DNA from: Deltaproteobacteria bacterium | Lineage (GTDB): Bacteria; Desulfobacterota_D; UBA1144; Nemesobacterales; CSP1-2 | Direction: 5' to 3' | NCBI GenBank assembly: GCA_052390235.1 | Contig: JBQTHB010000005.1 | Coordinates: forward strand, 416,001-480,000 | Length of the DNA stretch: 64,000 nt | Shown: piece after piece, positions 10,285 through 22,551 of the stretch | Layout: every line of letters begins with the position of its first letter | Position numbering within the stretch: position 1 is the first letter of the stretch | Program-made: the position numbers and the translations under genes | The notes under the pieces: generated by a model | Databases searched by the model: none | Seen by the model: the letters and a program-made list of their open reading frames with translations, nothing else | Told to the model about the DNA's origin: nothing

Positions 10285-12750
10285 ATGAGTTCGCAAAAAT
10301 TTGAAACCACCGAAACCAACGGTAAGGCGCCGTCGGATGAGAAAAATTACAATCTTGACGCCAAAACTTCCGAGCGCGTCGAGGTCGTTGAGTACAGAGA
10401 AGGGCTCATGGACATCCCCGCCAGCACTATTGACTGGTTCGGAGGGGACGAGCTTCGGGCGAGGGTGTTCTACGAGAAATACGCTCTGCGCAACGAAAGG
10501 GGGCAAATCGTAGAGACGACGCCGCCCGATATGTGGCGCAGGGTCGCGCGGGAAATCGCGTCGCCTGAGAAATCCGATGCGCTGCGCCGAGAGTGGGAGG
10601 AGAATTTCTACTGGCTACTGTCGGATTTCAGATTTATCCCCGGAGGCAGAATTCTCTTCGGGGCGGGGCAGAAGAGGCGGGCGACTCTGCTTAATTGCTA
10701 CTTCATGCCGATAAAAGAGGACTCCATCGAGGCGATATTCGACTGGTGCAAGGAGGCGGCGCGAACCTACTCCTTCGGCGGCGGTGTGGGAACGGATATA
10801 TCAGTCCTGAGACCAAAGGGCGCGCCCGTGAATAATTCAGCTATCTACTCCACCGGAGCGGTCTCCTTCATGGAGCTTCTCTCGACGACTACGGGGACTA
10901 TCGGGCAGGCGGGCAGACGCGGCGCGCTTATGATAACCATCGGTGTTGACCACCCCGACGTGCTTGAGTTTATTGACATCAAGAACGACGCCGCGCGCTC
11001 AAAGGTGAAATATGCCAATGTATCCATACGCATCACGGACGAGTTTATGACCGCCGTCGAGAACGATACGGACTTTGAACTGCGCTTCAGCAACGAGAAA
11101 GTATCGGCTAAGAGGACAATCCGCGCCCGCGACCTATGGGAGAAATTGGTGAAATCCGCTTGGTCTTCCGCCGAGCCGGGGCTTATTTTCTGGGACGCGG
11201 TCAAGCGTTTTTCCCCGACTGAGTACAACGGGATGGAGATTCACGGGTTTAATCCCTGCTCCGAGCAGGCTCTCGAGGATTACGGCAACTGCTGTCTTGG
11301 CAACGTTAACCTCGCCCTGTTCATAAAAGACGCGTTCACTCCCGCCGCCTCGATAGACTGGGAGAATTTGGAGCGCGCCTTCAGGTATTCCACGCGATTC
11401 CTCGATAACGTTCTCGACTACAACGCCGAGAAGCACCCGATAGCGGCTCAGGCGGCTTCGTCTCTGCGCTCAAGGAGAATCGGGGTCGGATTCACCGGAT
11501 TCGGCGATATGCTCCTAAAACTCAACCTCAAGTACGACACCGCCGAAGCGGTTGGCTTTACGGATAAGATGTTCGAGTTTATAAAAAACATCGTCTATGA
11601 GGCGAGTTCAGACCTCGCCGCCGAAAAGGGGAGTTTCCCTGCCCTCAATTTGGATATTCACCTCGCTCGCCCCTTTCTCAAGACCGTAGAGGGGCGGATA
11701 GCGGGCAAAATCAGAAAGCAGGGACTCAGAAACGCCTGCATTTTGACAGTGCCGCCCGTTGGAAGCGGGTCAATCCTCGCGGGAACCACAAGCGGAGTTG
11801 AGCCGATATTTGCCGTATCCTACTTCAGGCGCTCGAAATCCCTCTCTCAGGGGGAGTTTAAGGTCTATCACCCGCTTGCCGGCGAATACATGACCCAATT
11901 CGGGCTTGATGACGACGCAGACCTGCCGCCGATGTTTGTAACCTCGCACGAGATAAAGCCCGAGATGCGCGTGAGGATGCAGGCGGCAATTCAGAAGCAC
12001 ATTGACTCCTGCATTTCAAGCACGGTGAACCTGCCGGCGGATATTTCCCTCGAAGATGTGGAGCAGGTCTATTTCCTAGCGTGGAAGCTCGGATGCAAGG
12101 GAATTACGGTCTATAGGGAGGGTTCGAGAGAGGGCATCCTCATCACGGAAGAGGAGGCGATGGCGAAGAGAGAGAAGCAAGAGACGGCGATAAACCATGA
12201 CGCGCCGAAGCCCAAAGCCCAATCCCGCCCCGAAGAAGCGCCGGCTCGCAGTTACACCGCTCAGACAAACGAACTGCCGGAAGTAAAGCCGATGAAGCGC
12301 CCCCCCTTCCTCACGGGGTTTACCGAGGTCATAAAGACCGGCTACGGGAATCTCTACGTTACGGTCAACACCTACGAAGGCAGGCCCTTTGAGGTGTTTG
12401 TGCAGATTGGAAAATCGGGCTACACGACGATGGCTGACGCGGAGGCGATAGGGCGGCTCGCCTCGCTTGCGCTCCGGTCTGGGATAGGGGTCAAGGACGT
12501 TGTGGAACAGCTTGAGGGAATCGGCGGGGCGTCTCCGGTGTTCTCGGAGGGGACGCTCGTTATGTCTATTCCCGATGCCATTGCGGCGGTGATGAAAAAG
12601 CATTTCGTCTCCGAGGGAGCGGAGGCTCAGAAACGGGCGAAGACAGTGGATTTGCACCTTGAGCGATGCCCCGACTGCGGGAGCCGCGCCCTTGCTTTCG
12701 AGAACGGCTGCGTTACGTGCAAGAGTTGCGGATTCTCGAAATGCGATTGA
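10285..12750 (+). CDS. nrdJ: Adenosylcobalamin-dependent (class II) ribonucleotide reductase
   Basis: PGGRIL, LLNCY, GGGVG, RRGA, NPCSEQ (thiyl Cys), KGITVYREGSR, C-terminal TSCPD-like domain and CPDC...CKSCGFSKC zinc ribbon. Confidence 0.95.
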   Translation: MSSQKFETTETNGKAPSDEKNYNLDAKTSERVEVVEYREGLMDIPASTIDWFGGDELRARVFYEKYALRNERGQIVETTPPDMWRRVAREIASPEKSDALRREWEENFYWLLSDFRFIPGGRILFGAGQKRRATLLNCYFMPIKEDSIEAIFDWCKEAARTYSFGGGVGTDISVLRPKGAPVNNSAIYSTGAVSFMELLSTTTGTIGQAGRRGALMITIGVDHPDVLEFIDIKNDAARSKVKYANVSIRITDEFMTAVENDTDFELRFSNEKVSAKRTIRARDLWEKLVKSAWSSAEPGLIFWDAVKRFSPTEYNGMEIHGFNPCSEQALEDYGNCCLGNVNLALFIKDAFTPAASIDWENLERAFRYSTRFLDNVLDYNAEKHPIAAQAASSLRSRRIGVGFTGFGDMLLKLNLKYDTAEAVGFTDKMFEFIKNIVYEASSDLAAEKGSFPALNLDIHLARPFLKTVEGRIAGKIRKQGLRNACILTVPPVGSGSILAGTTSGVEPIFAVSYFRRSKSLSQGEFKVYHPLAGEYMTQFGLDDDADLPPMFVTSHEIKPEMRVRMQAAIQKHIDSCISSTVNLPADISLEDVEQVYFLAWKLGCKGITVYREGSREGILITEEEAMAKREKQETAINHDAPKPKAQSRPEEAPARSYTAQTNELPEVKPMKRPPFLTGFTEVIKTGYGNLYVTVNTYEGRPFEVFVQIGKSGYTTMADAEAIGRLASLALRSGIGVKDVVEQLEGIGGASPVFSEGTLVMSIPDAIAAVMKKHFVSEGAEAQKRAKTVDLHLERCPDCGSRALAFENGCVTCKSCGFSKCD

Positions 12751-12850
12751 GGCGGATTGCGAGGGCGTCATTGCGAGCGCACTGAGGAATCTCGCTATTA
12801 TGAAACCGGCGCGCTGCATCTGAGATTTGATTGCCTTAGCCGAAATTACC

Positions 12851-12895
12851 GAAAGCCCAATTCTCCTGAGACGACCGGGGGGATTGGGCTTTCTT
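12851..12895 (+). terminator. Probable intrinsic terminator after nrdJ
   Basis: Inverted repeat GAAAGCCCAAT...ATTGGGCTTTC followed by TT. Confidence 0.55.
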
Positions 12896-13011
12896 GCGGG
12901 TTGATGTACTGCGCATAAATTTTGTAGTAAATCACGCCAGTTTATTATCGGCAATTTACCCTTGCGCGCCAGATTTCGGGCAGGAAAATATATTTCCACG
13001 CATCTGCCTAA

Positions 13012-14892
<1,881 letters not shown>

Positions 14893-15083
14893 TTCTTATA
14901 AATATCGCATCAAACAGATGCCATGCCCACGAATGGCGTTATCGGGATTCGCGGCATTGTCCTAACTGTAGGGTGGGTGGGCTGTCATATTGAGCGGCAC
15001 TGGAATATAAATTGGAGATTCCCCGCCTGCCGCTTGAGATGATAAGATACTGCCGCCGCCCCCACTTTTGATTGCCTCTGAGA

Positions 15084-16559
15084 TTAGCCCTTGTACCAGC
15101 GCGGAATTTTATCGCCGACGTAGATGTTGACGGCTTTGGTCTCAAGGTACATATCCACGCCTTCAGTGCCGAGTTCCTTGCCGATGCCGCTCTCTTTGAA
15201 GCCGCCGTACGGGGTTTCGGGGATGATTCCGCCGTAGGTGTTGACCCATAGATACCCGGCTTTCACGGCTTTTGCCACCTTGACGGCGCGCTTGATGTTC
15301 TGAGTCCATATCCCTCCGGCAAGCCCATAGACCGTATCATTTGCAAGCCTAACTGCCTCTTCGTCGGTTTTAAACGGCATAACGGCTACGATGGGCCCAA
15401 AAATCTCCTCGCGGGCGACGGTTGAGGTCGGTTTTACATCAGCCAGCACCGTAGGCTCGAAGAAATATCCCTTCGGGCAATTTGCGGGTCTGCCGCCGCC
15501 GTAAAGCGCTGTTGCCCCCTCTTCAAGTCCTTTATTGAAATACCACTTCACAGACTCGTATTGGGATTTCGAGACAACCGAGCCCATCTCGGTCTCTTCT
15601 TTCTGCGGGTCTCCGATACGAATCTTGGCGACTCGCTCGATGTAAGATGAGAGGAACTTATCGTAGATTTTCTCGTGCAGCAGAAGCCGCGTTACAGCCG
15701 TGCAGTTCTCCCCCTGATTGAAAAACCCGCCGCGCAGATTTGCCTCGACCGCCTCTTCAATATCTGCGTCGTCGAAAATTATGCAGGGCGCTTTGCCTCC
15801 AAGCTCAAGCGACACCCGCTTTATGCTGTTGGCGGCCGTTTTCATGACCCCCTTGCCTATTTCTGTTGAGCCTGTGAATGCGATTTTCGCTACGTCGGGA
15901 TGCTCTATCAGCGACTGTCCCGCAACGCTCCCTCTGCCGGGAATTACGTTGAAGACCCCGTCGGGCAGTCCCGCCTCTTGGGTGAGCTTTGCAAATTCTA
16001 ATATTCCGCACGAGGTGTCTGTTGCGGGCTTTAGCACAATGGTGCATCCGGCGGCAAGGGCGGCTCCGATTTTCCAGAATGAGAGCAGGAGGGGAAAATT
16101 CCAGGGGATGATTTGAGCGGCGACCCCAATGGGCTCTCTTAGGGTGATTGAGAGCTGGTCATCGGAAATTGACATTGTCTCGCCGTTTAGCCTCGTAGCG
16201 ATGCCGGAGTAATATTCGAGAGTTCTGACGGAGCTTCCTATCTCTACGATGCGGCTCTCTCGTATCGGTTTACCCGTCTCAAGAGTGTTTGTGAGACCGA
16301 TTTGGTCTTTGTTTCTGTCCAGGAGTTCGGCAAGGCGGAGTATGAATTTTCCCCTCTCCCGCGCCGGCACGCGAGACCACCTCTCAAAGGCAGTTTTTGC
16401 CGCCGCTACGGCATTGTTGACGTCTTGTGGCTGGGCTTCGGCAATTTCGGCGAAAGGCTCTTCGGTAGCGGGGTTCTCTCTCACGAACGTTCTGCCGCTG
16501 AGCGAAGGTCTCTCCTTGCCGTCAATGAATAAACCGTATTGTCTGAGGGGATGCGCCAT
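15084..16559 (-). CDS. NAD-dependent aldehyde dehydrogenase
   Basis: PWNFP, FTGSTEIG, LELGGK, NQGENC, EEIFGP, PYGGFKESGIG. Confidence 0.95.
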   Translation of the reverse strand: MAHPLRQYGLFIDGKERPSLSGRTFVRENPATEEPFAEIAEAQPQDVNNAVAAAKTAFERWSRVPARERGKFILRLAELLDRNKDQIGLTNTLETGKPIRESRIVEIGSSVRTLEYYSGIATRLNGETMSISDDQLSITLREPIGVAAQIIPWNFPLLLSFWKIGAALAAGCTIVLKPATDTSCGILEFAKLTQEAGLPDGVFNVIPGRGSVAGQSLIEHPDVAKIAFTGSTEIGKGVMKTAANSIKRVSLELGGKAPCIIFDDADIEEAVEANLRGGFFNQGENCTAVTRLLLHEKIYDKFLSSYIERVAKIRIGDPQKEETEMGSVVSKSQYESVKWYFNKGLEEGATALYGGGRPANCPKGYFFEPTVLADVKPTSTVAREEIFGPIVAVMPFKTDEEAVRLANDTVYGLAGGIWTQNIKRAVKVAKAVKAGYLWVNTYGGIIPETPYGGFKESGIGKELGTEGVDMYLETKAVNIYVGDKIPRWYKG

Positions 16560-16661
16560 TTAGGAACTACCTCCGTTCTGTTTTGGATAATCATCGCAAA
16601 AAACGGCAGAGGTGTCAACTTGCGCAATTCAGTGTGGTTTTAGCATCAGCCGCCAGTCCAA

Positions 16662-16865
16662 TTAGCACTCGTCCGCTGCCCCAAATAGGTCAGGGGCAAG
16701 ACGTTCCTTAGCCACTTTCGCCGCCCCGGGATCAACTTCGAATCCGAGGAATCTGCGATTGCTCGACTTTGCCGCCACCTGAGCGATTCGGGAGTCGGGG
16801 CCCGCAGCTCGGATGAGTTCTTCGAGCGCTTGTCTCTGAGAGATCCCGAGCAGGCGATTCCGCCC
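16662..16865 (-). pseudogene. Probable relic of a DNA methyltransferase C-terminus
   Basis: Unlisted minus frame reads ...QVAAKSSNRRFLGFEVDPGAAKVAKERLAPDLFG*, similar to the post-FxGxG segment of beta-class N4/N6 MTases. Stops upstream and no FxGxG. Confidence 0.45.
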
Positions 16866-16949
16866 CTAGCCTCAGGTGTCATCGGTTTTGCTCATTTTTT
16901 TAATAGCGCGCTTGCTTATGGAGTGTGATTAACCGCACTAGCCGCTCTG

Positions 16950-18374
16950 TTACCCCTTGGATGAGGCTTCCTCGCCTGTATCCTCGGCGGAGTCGTCGTC
17001 ATCGTCGGCGAGTCCGAGCTTGGCTAGTCTGTAGCGGATGGAGCGGAGCGTGATTCCCAGTAGTTTCGCCGCTTCGGTTTTATTGCCTTGGGTCTGCTTG
17101 AGCGCTTTTTCTATCATTCTCTTCTCGACGCCTGCCAGAACGGTGTCGAGGCTCGCGCCGGATGAAAGCGTCATATCGAGGTCTATGGTGTCCTGTCCAT
17201 GAAGGAGCTGTGGGAGGGTCTCGTGGCGTATCACGTTCGACGTTTCAAGGACGACAGACCTCGCGATAATGTTCTCAAGCTCTCGGATGTTGCCGGGGTA
17301 GTGGTAACTTTCAAGCGCTTCGAGCGCCTTGGGAGACAGCCCCCGGACGTCCTTTCCCATGTCGTTTGAGTATTTATTGATGAAATGAATTGCGAGCGGC
17401 GAGATGTCCTCTCTCCTCTCTCGCAGCGGGGGAAGGGTAATGCGGATGACATTGAGACGGTAGAACAGGTCTTCGCGGAATTTCTTCTTTGCGACCTCTT
17501 CTTCGAGTTCTTTATTCGTTGCGGCGACGATTCTCGTATCAACCCCAATGGCTTCGGTGCTTCCTAGGGGGCGTATTGTTTTATCCTCCAGAGCCCGCAG
17601 GAGCTTCACCTGCAGATGAAGGGGCAAATCTCCTATCTCGTCCAGAAAAATCGTGCCTCCATCAGCCTCTTCAAACAGCCCTTTTTTATCCCTGAGCGCT
17701 CCGGTAAAAGCCCCCCTCCTGTAGCCGAAAAGCTCGCTTTCCATTAGCGTTTCGGGGATTGCGCCGCAGTTTACCGGCACAAACGCCCCCTTGTGGCGCG
17801 GACTGCTGTAGTGGATGGCGCGGGCGACAAGCTCCTTGCCCGTTCCACTCTCGCCGGTAACGAGAACATTTACTTTAAGCTCCGAGACCCTTTTTATAAG
17901 CTCGAACACTTTGACTATCGAGGGGCTTCTGCCGATGATGTTGCCGAAGCCGAATTTGGTTTCAAGCTCTTTTCTGAGCTTGAGATTCTCCCGCTCCAGC
18001 CTTCTTCTGTCTATCGCCTTCTTGATGATGAGTTTTATCTCGTCAATTTTGAAGGGTTTAGTGATGTAGTCGTAAGCGCCGATTTTCATGGCTTCGATGG
18101 CACTCTCGTGCGAGGCGTAGGCGGTTACCATCAGCACGGTCGTCTCAGGGGTTTTTTCGGTTATTTTCTTAAGAAGCTCGATGCCGTTCATCTTGGGCAT
18201 CTGAATGTCCAAGATCGCCAAATCAAAAATCGAGCCTGACATCTTCCCCAGAGCCTCAACCCCGTCCGGCGCAGTCTCGACGGCATAGCCCTCCCTGCGG
18301 AGCATTATCTCCATAAACTCCCTCATTCCAGGCTCGTCGTCAACGACTAAAATCCTATGCTTCTCTTCAGCCAT
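16950..18374 (-). CDS. pilR: sigma54-dependent response regulator PilR-like
   Basis: Receiver domain, [14 protein letters not shown], Fis-type HTH (GITLRSIRYRL), in pilBTCSR context. Confidence 0.85.
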   Translation of the reverse strand: MAEEKHRILVVDDEPGMREFMEIMLRREGYAVETAPDGVEALGKMSGSIFDLAILDIQMPKMNGIELLKKITEKTPETTVLMVTAYASHESAIEAMKIGAYDYITKPFKIDEIKLIIKKAIDRRRLERENLKLRKELETKFGFGNIIGRSPSIVKVFELIKRVSELKVNVLVTGESGTGKELVARAIHYSSPRHKGAFVPVNCGAIPETLMESELFGYRRGAFTGALRDKKGLFEEADGGTIFLDEIGDLPLHLQVKLLRALEDKTIRPLGSTEAIGVDTRIVAATNKELEEEVAKKKFREDLFYRLNVIRITLPPLRERREDISPLAIHFINKYSNDMGKDVRGLSPKALEALESYHYPGNIRELENIIARSVVLETSNVIRHETLPQLLHGQDTIDLDMTLSSGASLDTVLAGVEKRMIEKALKQTQGNKTEAAKLLGITLRSIRYRLAKLGLADDDDDSAEDTGEEASSKG

Positions 18375-18392
18375 ATTATTTGTGAATGACCC

Positions 18393-20087
18393 CTAATGCC
18401 CTGTATCGGGGATGAAATTCCCCATTTTTGGCAGGTTGATAATAAACGTCGTCCCCCTGCCCTTTAGAGTCTCGATATTTATAAAACCATTATAACCTTT
18501 CACTATTTTTTGCACGATAGCAAGCCCAAGCCCCGTGCCTATGTCTTTGGTGCTGAAAAATGGCTCGAAAATCTTGTGGAGAATCTCTTCGTCTATTCCG
18601 AATCCCGTGTCGGAGACCCTGACCTCCACTGCCTGCTCGCCATTCGAGAGGCAGGCGACTTTTATCTCCCCTCCGTCGGGCATAGCCTGCATCGAATTGA
18701 GCATCAGATTCCAAAGCGCCTGCTTTATCCTATAGGCGTCCGCCTCGACGTATAGCCCGTCTTCGACACTCACTTCTATTCTAAGGTTGCTCCTTCGGGC
18801 GGACATCGAAAACGCCTCTGCGGTTTCCCTCACTGTCAAGCCGATGTCTATCGGGGCGGCAGATTTCCCCTCGGGCTTTGCAAATAGTAGGAAATCCTCG
18901 ACGATGAGGTTTAGCTTCTCGACCTCCTGAGAGGTAATTCTGAGGAGTCTGGTGTTCTCGTCGGATTGGGTTACTTCGTCGCGCAGAATCTCAACCGAGC
19001 CGCTGATGGCCGAAAGAGGGTTTCGTATCTCGTGGGCGAGTCCCGCCGAGAGCTGTCCTAAAAGGGCGAGTTTCTCGGACGCTCTGAGACGGTCTTCGAG
19101 TTCTTTTACTTGGCTGAGGTCTTGGAAAATTATTATGTAGCCCTTCATGGAGTTTTGTTTGTCTCTGAGGGCTGAGGAGGAGAAGCCCAGAGTTAAATCC
19201 CCGCCGTCGGGCCTCTTGTATGAGATTTCCTCTCTTTTCTTGGATATGAGATTTATTATATCCACCCCCGGCATCAGGAAAGGGAGTCCGTGTCCTAGTA
19301 GCTTGAACTCTGTGTCAATGCCGAGAATCTGAAGCCCCATGCGGTTTGCTGAGATGATCCTGCCCTTAGTATCGAGCGTGATGACGCCGCTTGTCAGGCT
19401 GTTGAGGATATTTTCGTGAATGTTTTTGAGGGCGTCTAAGTTCTCTGTGCTTTCGAGCAGTTCCCTGCGCGCTATGTTGAATTTCTCGGACAGGTAGCCG
19501 CTCAGCATGGCTATTAGGATGAACCCCGCGAGGTTAAAATAGGTGTATTCGACTCCCCCTTGGTTTAGTCCAGACGCCGGAAGAGCGAGATTTGCCTGCG
19601 GGGCTTCGAGCGACATTTCATAGAGGATTATGAGAAAATACATGATTCCCGATGAAGCCGCCGACACATAAGCCGTGGTTTTCGAGAACCTTATGCTCGC
19701 AAATATGATGATGAGGGCGTAGAGAAACACAAATGGACTTGACCTTCCTCCCGTCACATACACGACACAGGAGGCAAAAACTATGTCAGATGCAATTTGT
19801 ATAAAATTCAGCGTATTGACTTGCCGCTTAAAAAAAAGCCCTAGCAGCAGATAGCTAAAACTCGCCGCATAGAACAGCGCGAGAACGAAGATGAGCGAGA
19901 AGAACGTGTTCCGATACCCGTTGACCCAATACGTCGTCGCCCCTCCGCCTATGAGAATGGCGGCGACGGCGAGCCTGAGCGCTAAAGACCTTCCGAACCC
20001 CGTGTTAGTCTCCACTGTATTCATTTTCTGTGGCTCTTGCGTTTGGATGGATGCAATTATTGTACGTCTCGAGGAGCGAATCATCAA
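18393..20087 (-). CDS. pilS: Membrane sensor histidine kinase PilS-like (alternative start 20024)
   Basis: Multiple TM helices, VYVTGG.SSPF motif, PAS-like region, AHEIRNPL H-box, DTGFGI, GTGLGL. Confidence 0.85.
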   Translation of the reverse strand: MMIRSSRRTIIASIQTQEPQKMNTVETNTGFGRSLALRLAVAAILIGGGATTYWVNGYRNTFFSLIFVLALFYAASFSYLLLGLFFKRQVNTLNFIQIASDIVFASCVVYVTGGRSSPFVFLYALIIIFASIRFSKTTAYVSAASSGIMYFLIILYEMSLEAPQANLALPASGLNQGGVEYTYFNLAGFILIAMLSGYLSEKFNIARRELLESTENLDALKNIHENILNSLTSGVITLDTKGRIISANRMGLQILGIDTEFKLLGHGLPFLMPGVDIINLISKKREEISYKRPDGGDLTLGFSSSALRDKQNSMKGYIIIFQDLSQVKELEDRLRASEKLALLGQLSAGLAHEIRNPLSAISGSVEILRDEVTQSDENTRLLRITSQEVEKLNLIVEDFLLFAKPEGKSAAPIDIGLTVRETAEAFSMSARRSNLRIEVSVEDGLYVEADAYRIKQALWNLMLNSMQAMPDGGEIKVACLSNGEQAVEVRVSDTGFGIDEEILHKIFEPFFSTKDIGTGLGLAIVQKIVKGYNGFINIETLKGRGTTFIINLPKMGNFIPDTGH

Positions 20088-20132
20088 ATCGTGCGGGATT
20101 CGAGACTCTATCTCATTCTGCGAAGCGTCGCT

Positions 20133-21350
20133 CTAGTTTGCAAGCGTGGATACGAGCTTGAACATCGGCAGGTACATTGACACCACTATCACTCCCACAG
20201 TGCCTCCCAGAAACGCTATCATCGCAGGCTCAAGCGCGGACATCAGGGCGGCTACGGCAACGTCAACCTCTTCTTCATAAAAGTCCGCAATTTTATTCAA
20301 CATATCATCGAGCGCGCCCGTCTGCTCGCCCACGGAAATCATCTGCACGACCATTGGGGGGAATATATTCGGTCGCCCAGATATGGCATCGGCAAGGGTC
20401 TGCCCCTCGCTGACAGCTTTTCTCGCTTCGAGTATTGCCTCTTCGGCTATCATGTTGCCGGAGGCTTTCGCCGTAACCTCAAGCCCGTCTAAAATGGCGA
20501 TTCCCCCTGCGGTGAGGGTCGCCAGGGTGCGGCAGAATCTCGCCACGGTTGTCTTGAGAAGGAGCGTTCCCACGAGCCAGATTCTGAGCAAAAACCCGTC
20601 CATGAGCCTTCGCATCTTCTCAGACCTCCGATATGAAAACACCGATAGAAACGAAATAAGCCCTATGGCTATGAGTATATAAACGATGTTTCGCCTAAAG
20701 AATCCGCTTGCGTCCACTATTACCTGAGTGAGGTAGGGCAGGGACGTGCCTAAGTCCTTAAACAGCTCGGCGAATGTCGGCACAACGAACAGAAGCACTA
20801 TCGAAAGCACCACAATCGCCACTAAAATAACTATTGACGGATAAATCATAGCCCCTTTGATTTTCCGCTTAATATTCTCGATTTTCTCCAGATAAACCGA
20901 CAGCCTCTGGAGTATCACGTCAAGCACGCCGCCGGACTCCCCCGCCCGCGCGAGGTTCACGTACAGCGCGTTGAAAACCCCGGGGTGCTTCTCTAGGGCG
21001 TCGGCAAATGTGGAGCCTCCCTCGACGCTTTCTTTCACCTGAGTGATGATGCTCTTAAATTTCGCGCTAGTCTGCTGCGACGCCAGCACTTCAAGGGATT
21101 TCACTATTGGCAGTCCCGCGTCAACCATCGTGGACATCTGCCTGGTGAATATCACCAGGTCTTTGCTTGATACCGAGCCGAAGAGGTCAATATTGAAATC
21201 GAAGAAGCGTCCCTTTTCTTTGATTCTTTCCGGCAGGGGCTGGATCTGCATCTGCCGAAGGCGCGCAAGCACGGCGGATTTGCTCGGAGCGTCCATCTCT
21301 CCTTTCTCAATTTTACTTCCCACTCTACCTTCCCACACATATACCGGCAT
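20133..21350 (-). CDS. pilC: Type IV pilus platform protein PilC
   Basis: FTRQMSTMVDAGLP, GESGGVLD, AMIYP, GEQTGALD, MYLPMF. Confidence 0.95.
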   Translation of the reverse strand: MPVYVWEGRVGSKIEKGEMDAPSKSAVLARLRQMQIQPLPERIKEKGRFFDFNIDLFGSVSSKDLVIFTRQMSTMVDAGLPIVKSLEVLASQQTSAKFKSIITQVKESVEGGSTFADALEKHPGVFNALYVNLARAGESGGVLDVILQRLSVYLEKIENIKRKIKGAMIYPSIVILVAIVVLSIVLLFVVPTFAELFKDLGTSLPYLTQVIVDASGFFRRNIVYILIAIGLISFLSVFSYRRSEKMRRLMDGFLLRIWLVGTLLLKTTVARFCRTLATLTAGGIAILDGLEVTAKASGNMIAEEAILEARKAVSEGQTLADAISGRPNIFPPMVVQMISVGEQTGALDDMLNKIADFYEEEVDVAVAALMSALEPAMIAFLGGTVGVIVVSMYLPMFKLVSTLAN

Positions 21351-21383
21351 CGGCTCTGCTCCTGTTTCATCTTTTTGAATGCT

Positions 21384-22481
21384 CTATCTGGCTACGCGAG
21401 TTTCGGCGACTCTACCGCCGGGGGCGGCGATAATTCTCTTCAACTCGTCAACCTCTTGGCTCTTCGTTATTGCCTCTTCATAACTAATGAGCCGCTTCAG
21501 ATATAAATCAGCTAGGGATTGGTTTAGGGTCTGCATCTGCCACTTGTCTTGTCCTATCTGTTGCTGCGAGTAAATTTGATGGACTTTGTCCTCGCGGATG
21601 AGGTTTCTAATAGCCGGATTCGGCACCAGTACCTCAATTGCAAGCGCCCTTCCGCCGCCGATTTTGGGAACGAGCGTCTGACACAGTATCCCCTCCAGCA
21701 CGAAGGAGAGCTGCGCCCGTATCTGTGCTTGCTCGTGAGGGGGGAAAACGTCAATAACGCGGTTTATTGTCTGCACGGCGGTGTTGGTGTGGAGCGTGGC
21801 AAGGGTGAGGTGTCCGGTTTCGGAGAGGGTTAGGGCGATTTTGATGGTCTCAAGGTCTCTGAGTTCCCCGATGAGAATGACGTCGGGGTCTTCTCTGAGG
21901 ACGCTGCGCAGGGCGTTGCTAAAGCTCTTAGTGTCGCTTCCGACCTCTCTTTGGTTTACGACGCAGTTTTTATGGTCAAAGAGATATTCTATCGGGTCTT
22001 CGATGGTAACTATGTGTTCGTGCCGCTCCTGATTTATCTGGTCTATCATGCCGGCGAGCGTTGTGGTTTTCCCTGAGCCTGTGGGGCCAGTTACGAGGAT
22101 GAGTCCTCTGGGCTTTTTTATGAGTTGCGAGACGACCGGCGGAAGCCCGAGTTCATTAAGGTTTCTAATTTTATAAGGGATGAGACGGAACGCTCCGGCC
22201 ACTGCGCCGCGCTGCGTATATACGTTTCCGCGAAATCTTCCCAGACCCCTCATGCCGAACGAGAAATCAATCTCCAGATTCTCCTCGAACCTGTGTTTCT
22301 GCGCCTCGGTAAGAACGCTGTAGCACAGGTCTTTGGTCTCTGTGGGGTTAAGCGGGGGATGTTTAACCGGAACGAGCTTTCCGTCAATTCTCAGCGAGGG
22401 AGCGACCCCAGCGGTTATGTGCAGGTCTGAAGCTGCGCTTTCAACAGTTACTTTCAGCAGTTCGTGAAGCGATGTCGCCAT
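21384..22481 (-). CDS. pilT: Type IV pilus retraction ATPase PilT
   Basis: ASDLHI, GPTGSGKTTT, TIEDPIE, LREDPD, AIRNLIRE. Confidence 0.97.
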   Translation of the reverse strand: MATSLHELLKVTVESAASDLHITAGVAPSLRIDGKLVPVKHPPLNPTETKDLCYSVLTEAQKHRFEENLEIDFSFGMRGLGRFRGNVYTQRGAVAGAFRLIPYKIRNLNELGLPPVVSQLIKKPRGLILVTGPTGSGKTTTLAGMIDQINQERHEHIVTIEDPIEYLFDHKNCVVNQREVGSDTKSFSNALRSVLREDPDVILIGELRDLETIKIALTLSETGHLTLATLHTNTAVQTINRVIDVFPPHEQAQIRAQLSFVLEGILCQTLVPKIGGGRALAIEVLVPNPAIRNLIREDKVHQIYSQQQIGQDKWQMQTLNQSLADLYLKRLISYEEAITKSQEVDELKRIIAAPGGRVAETRVAR

Positions 22482-22551
22482 TTTTTATCTCCTTAGGTTG
22501 TCGGGCAAATTCTGGGGCGGCGATTCGGAACTGCGATGTAGGTGGGCGGAT

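Noticed and set aside
12767..12796. GTCATTGCGAG...AATCTC REP-like fragment
   Set aside because: Single degenerate copy in the window, not supportable as a repeat family.
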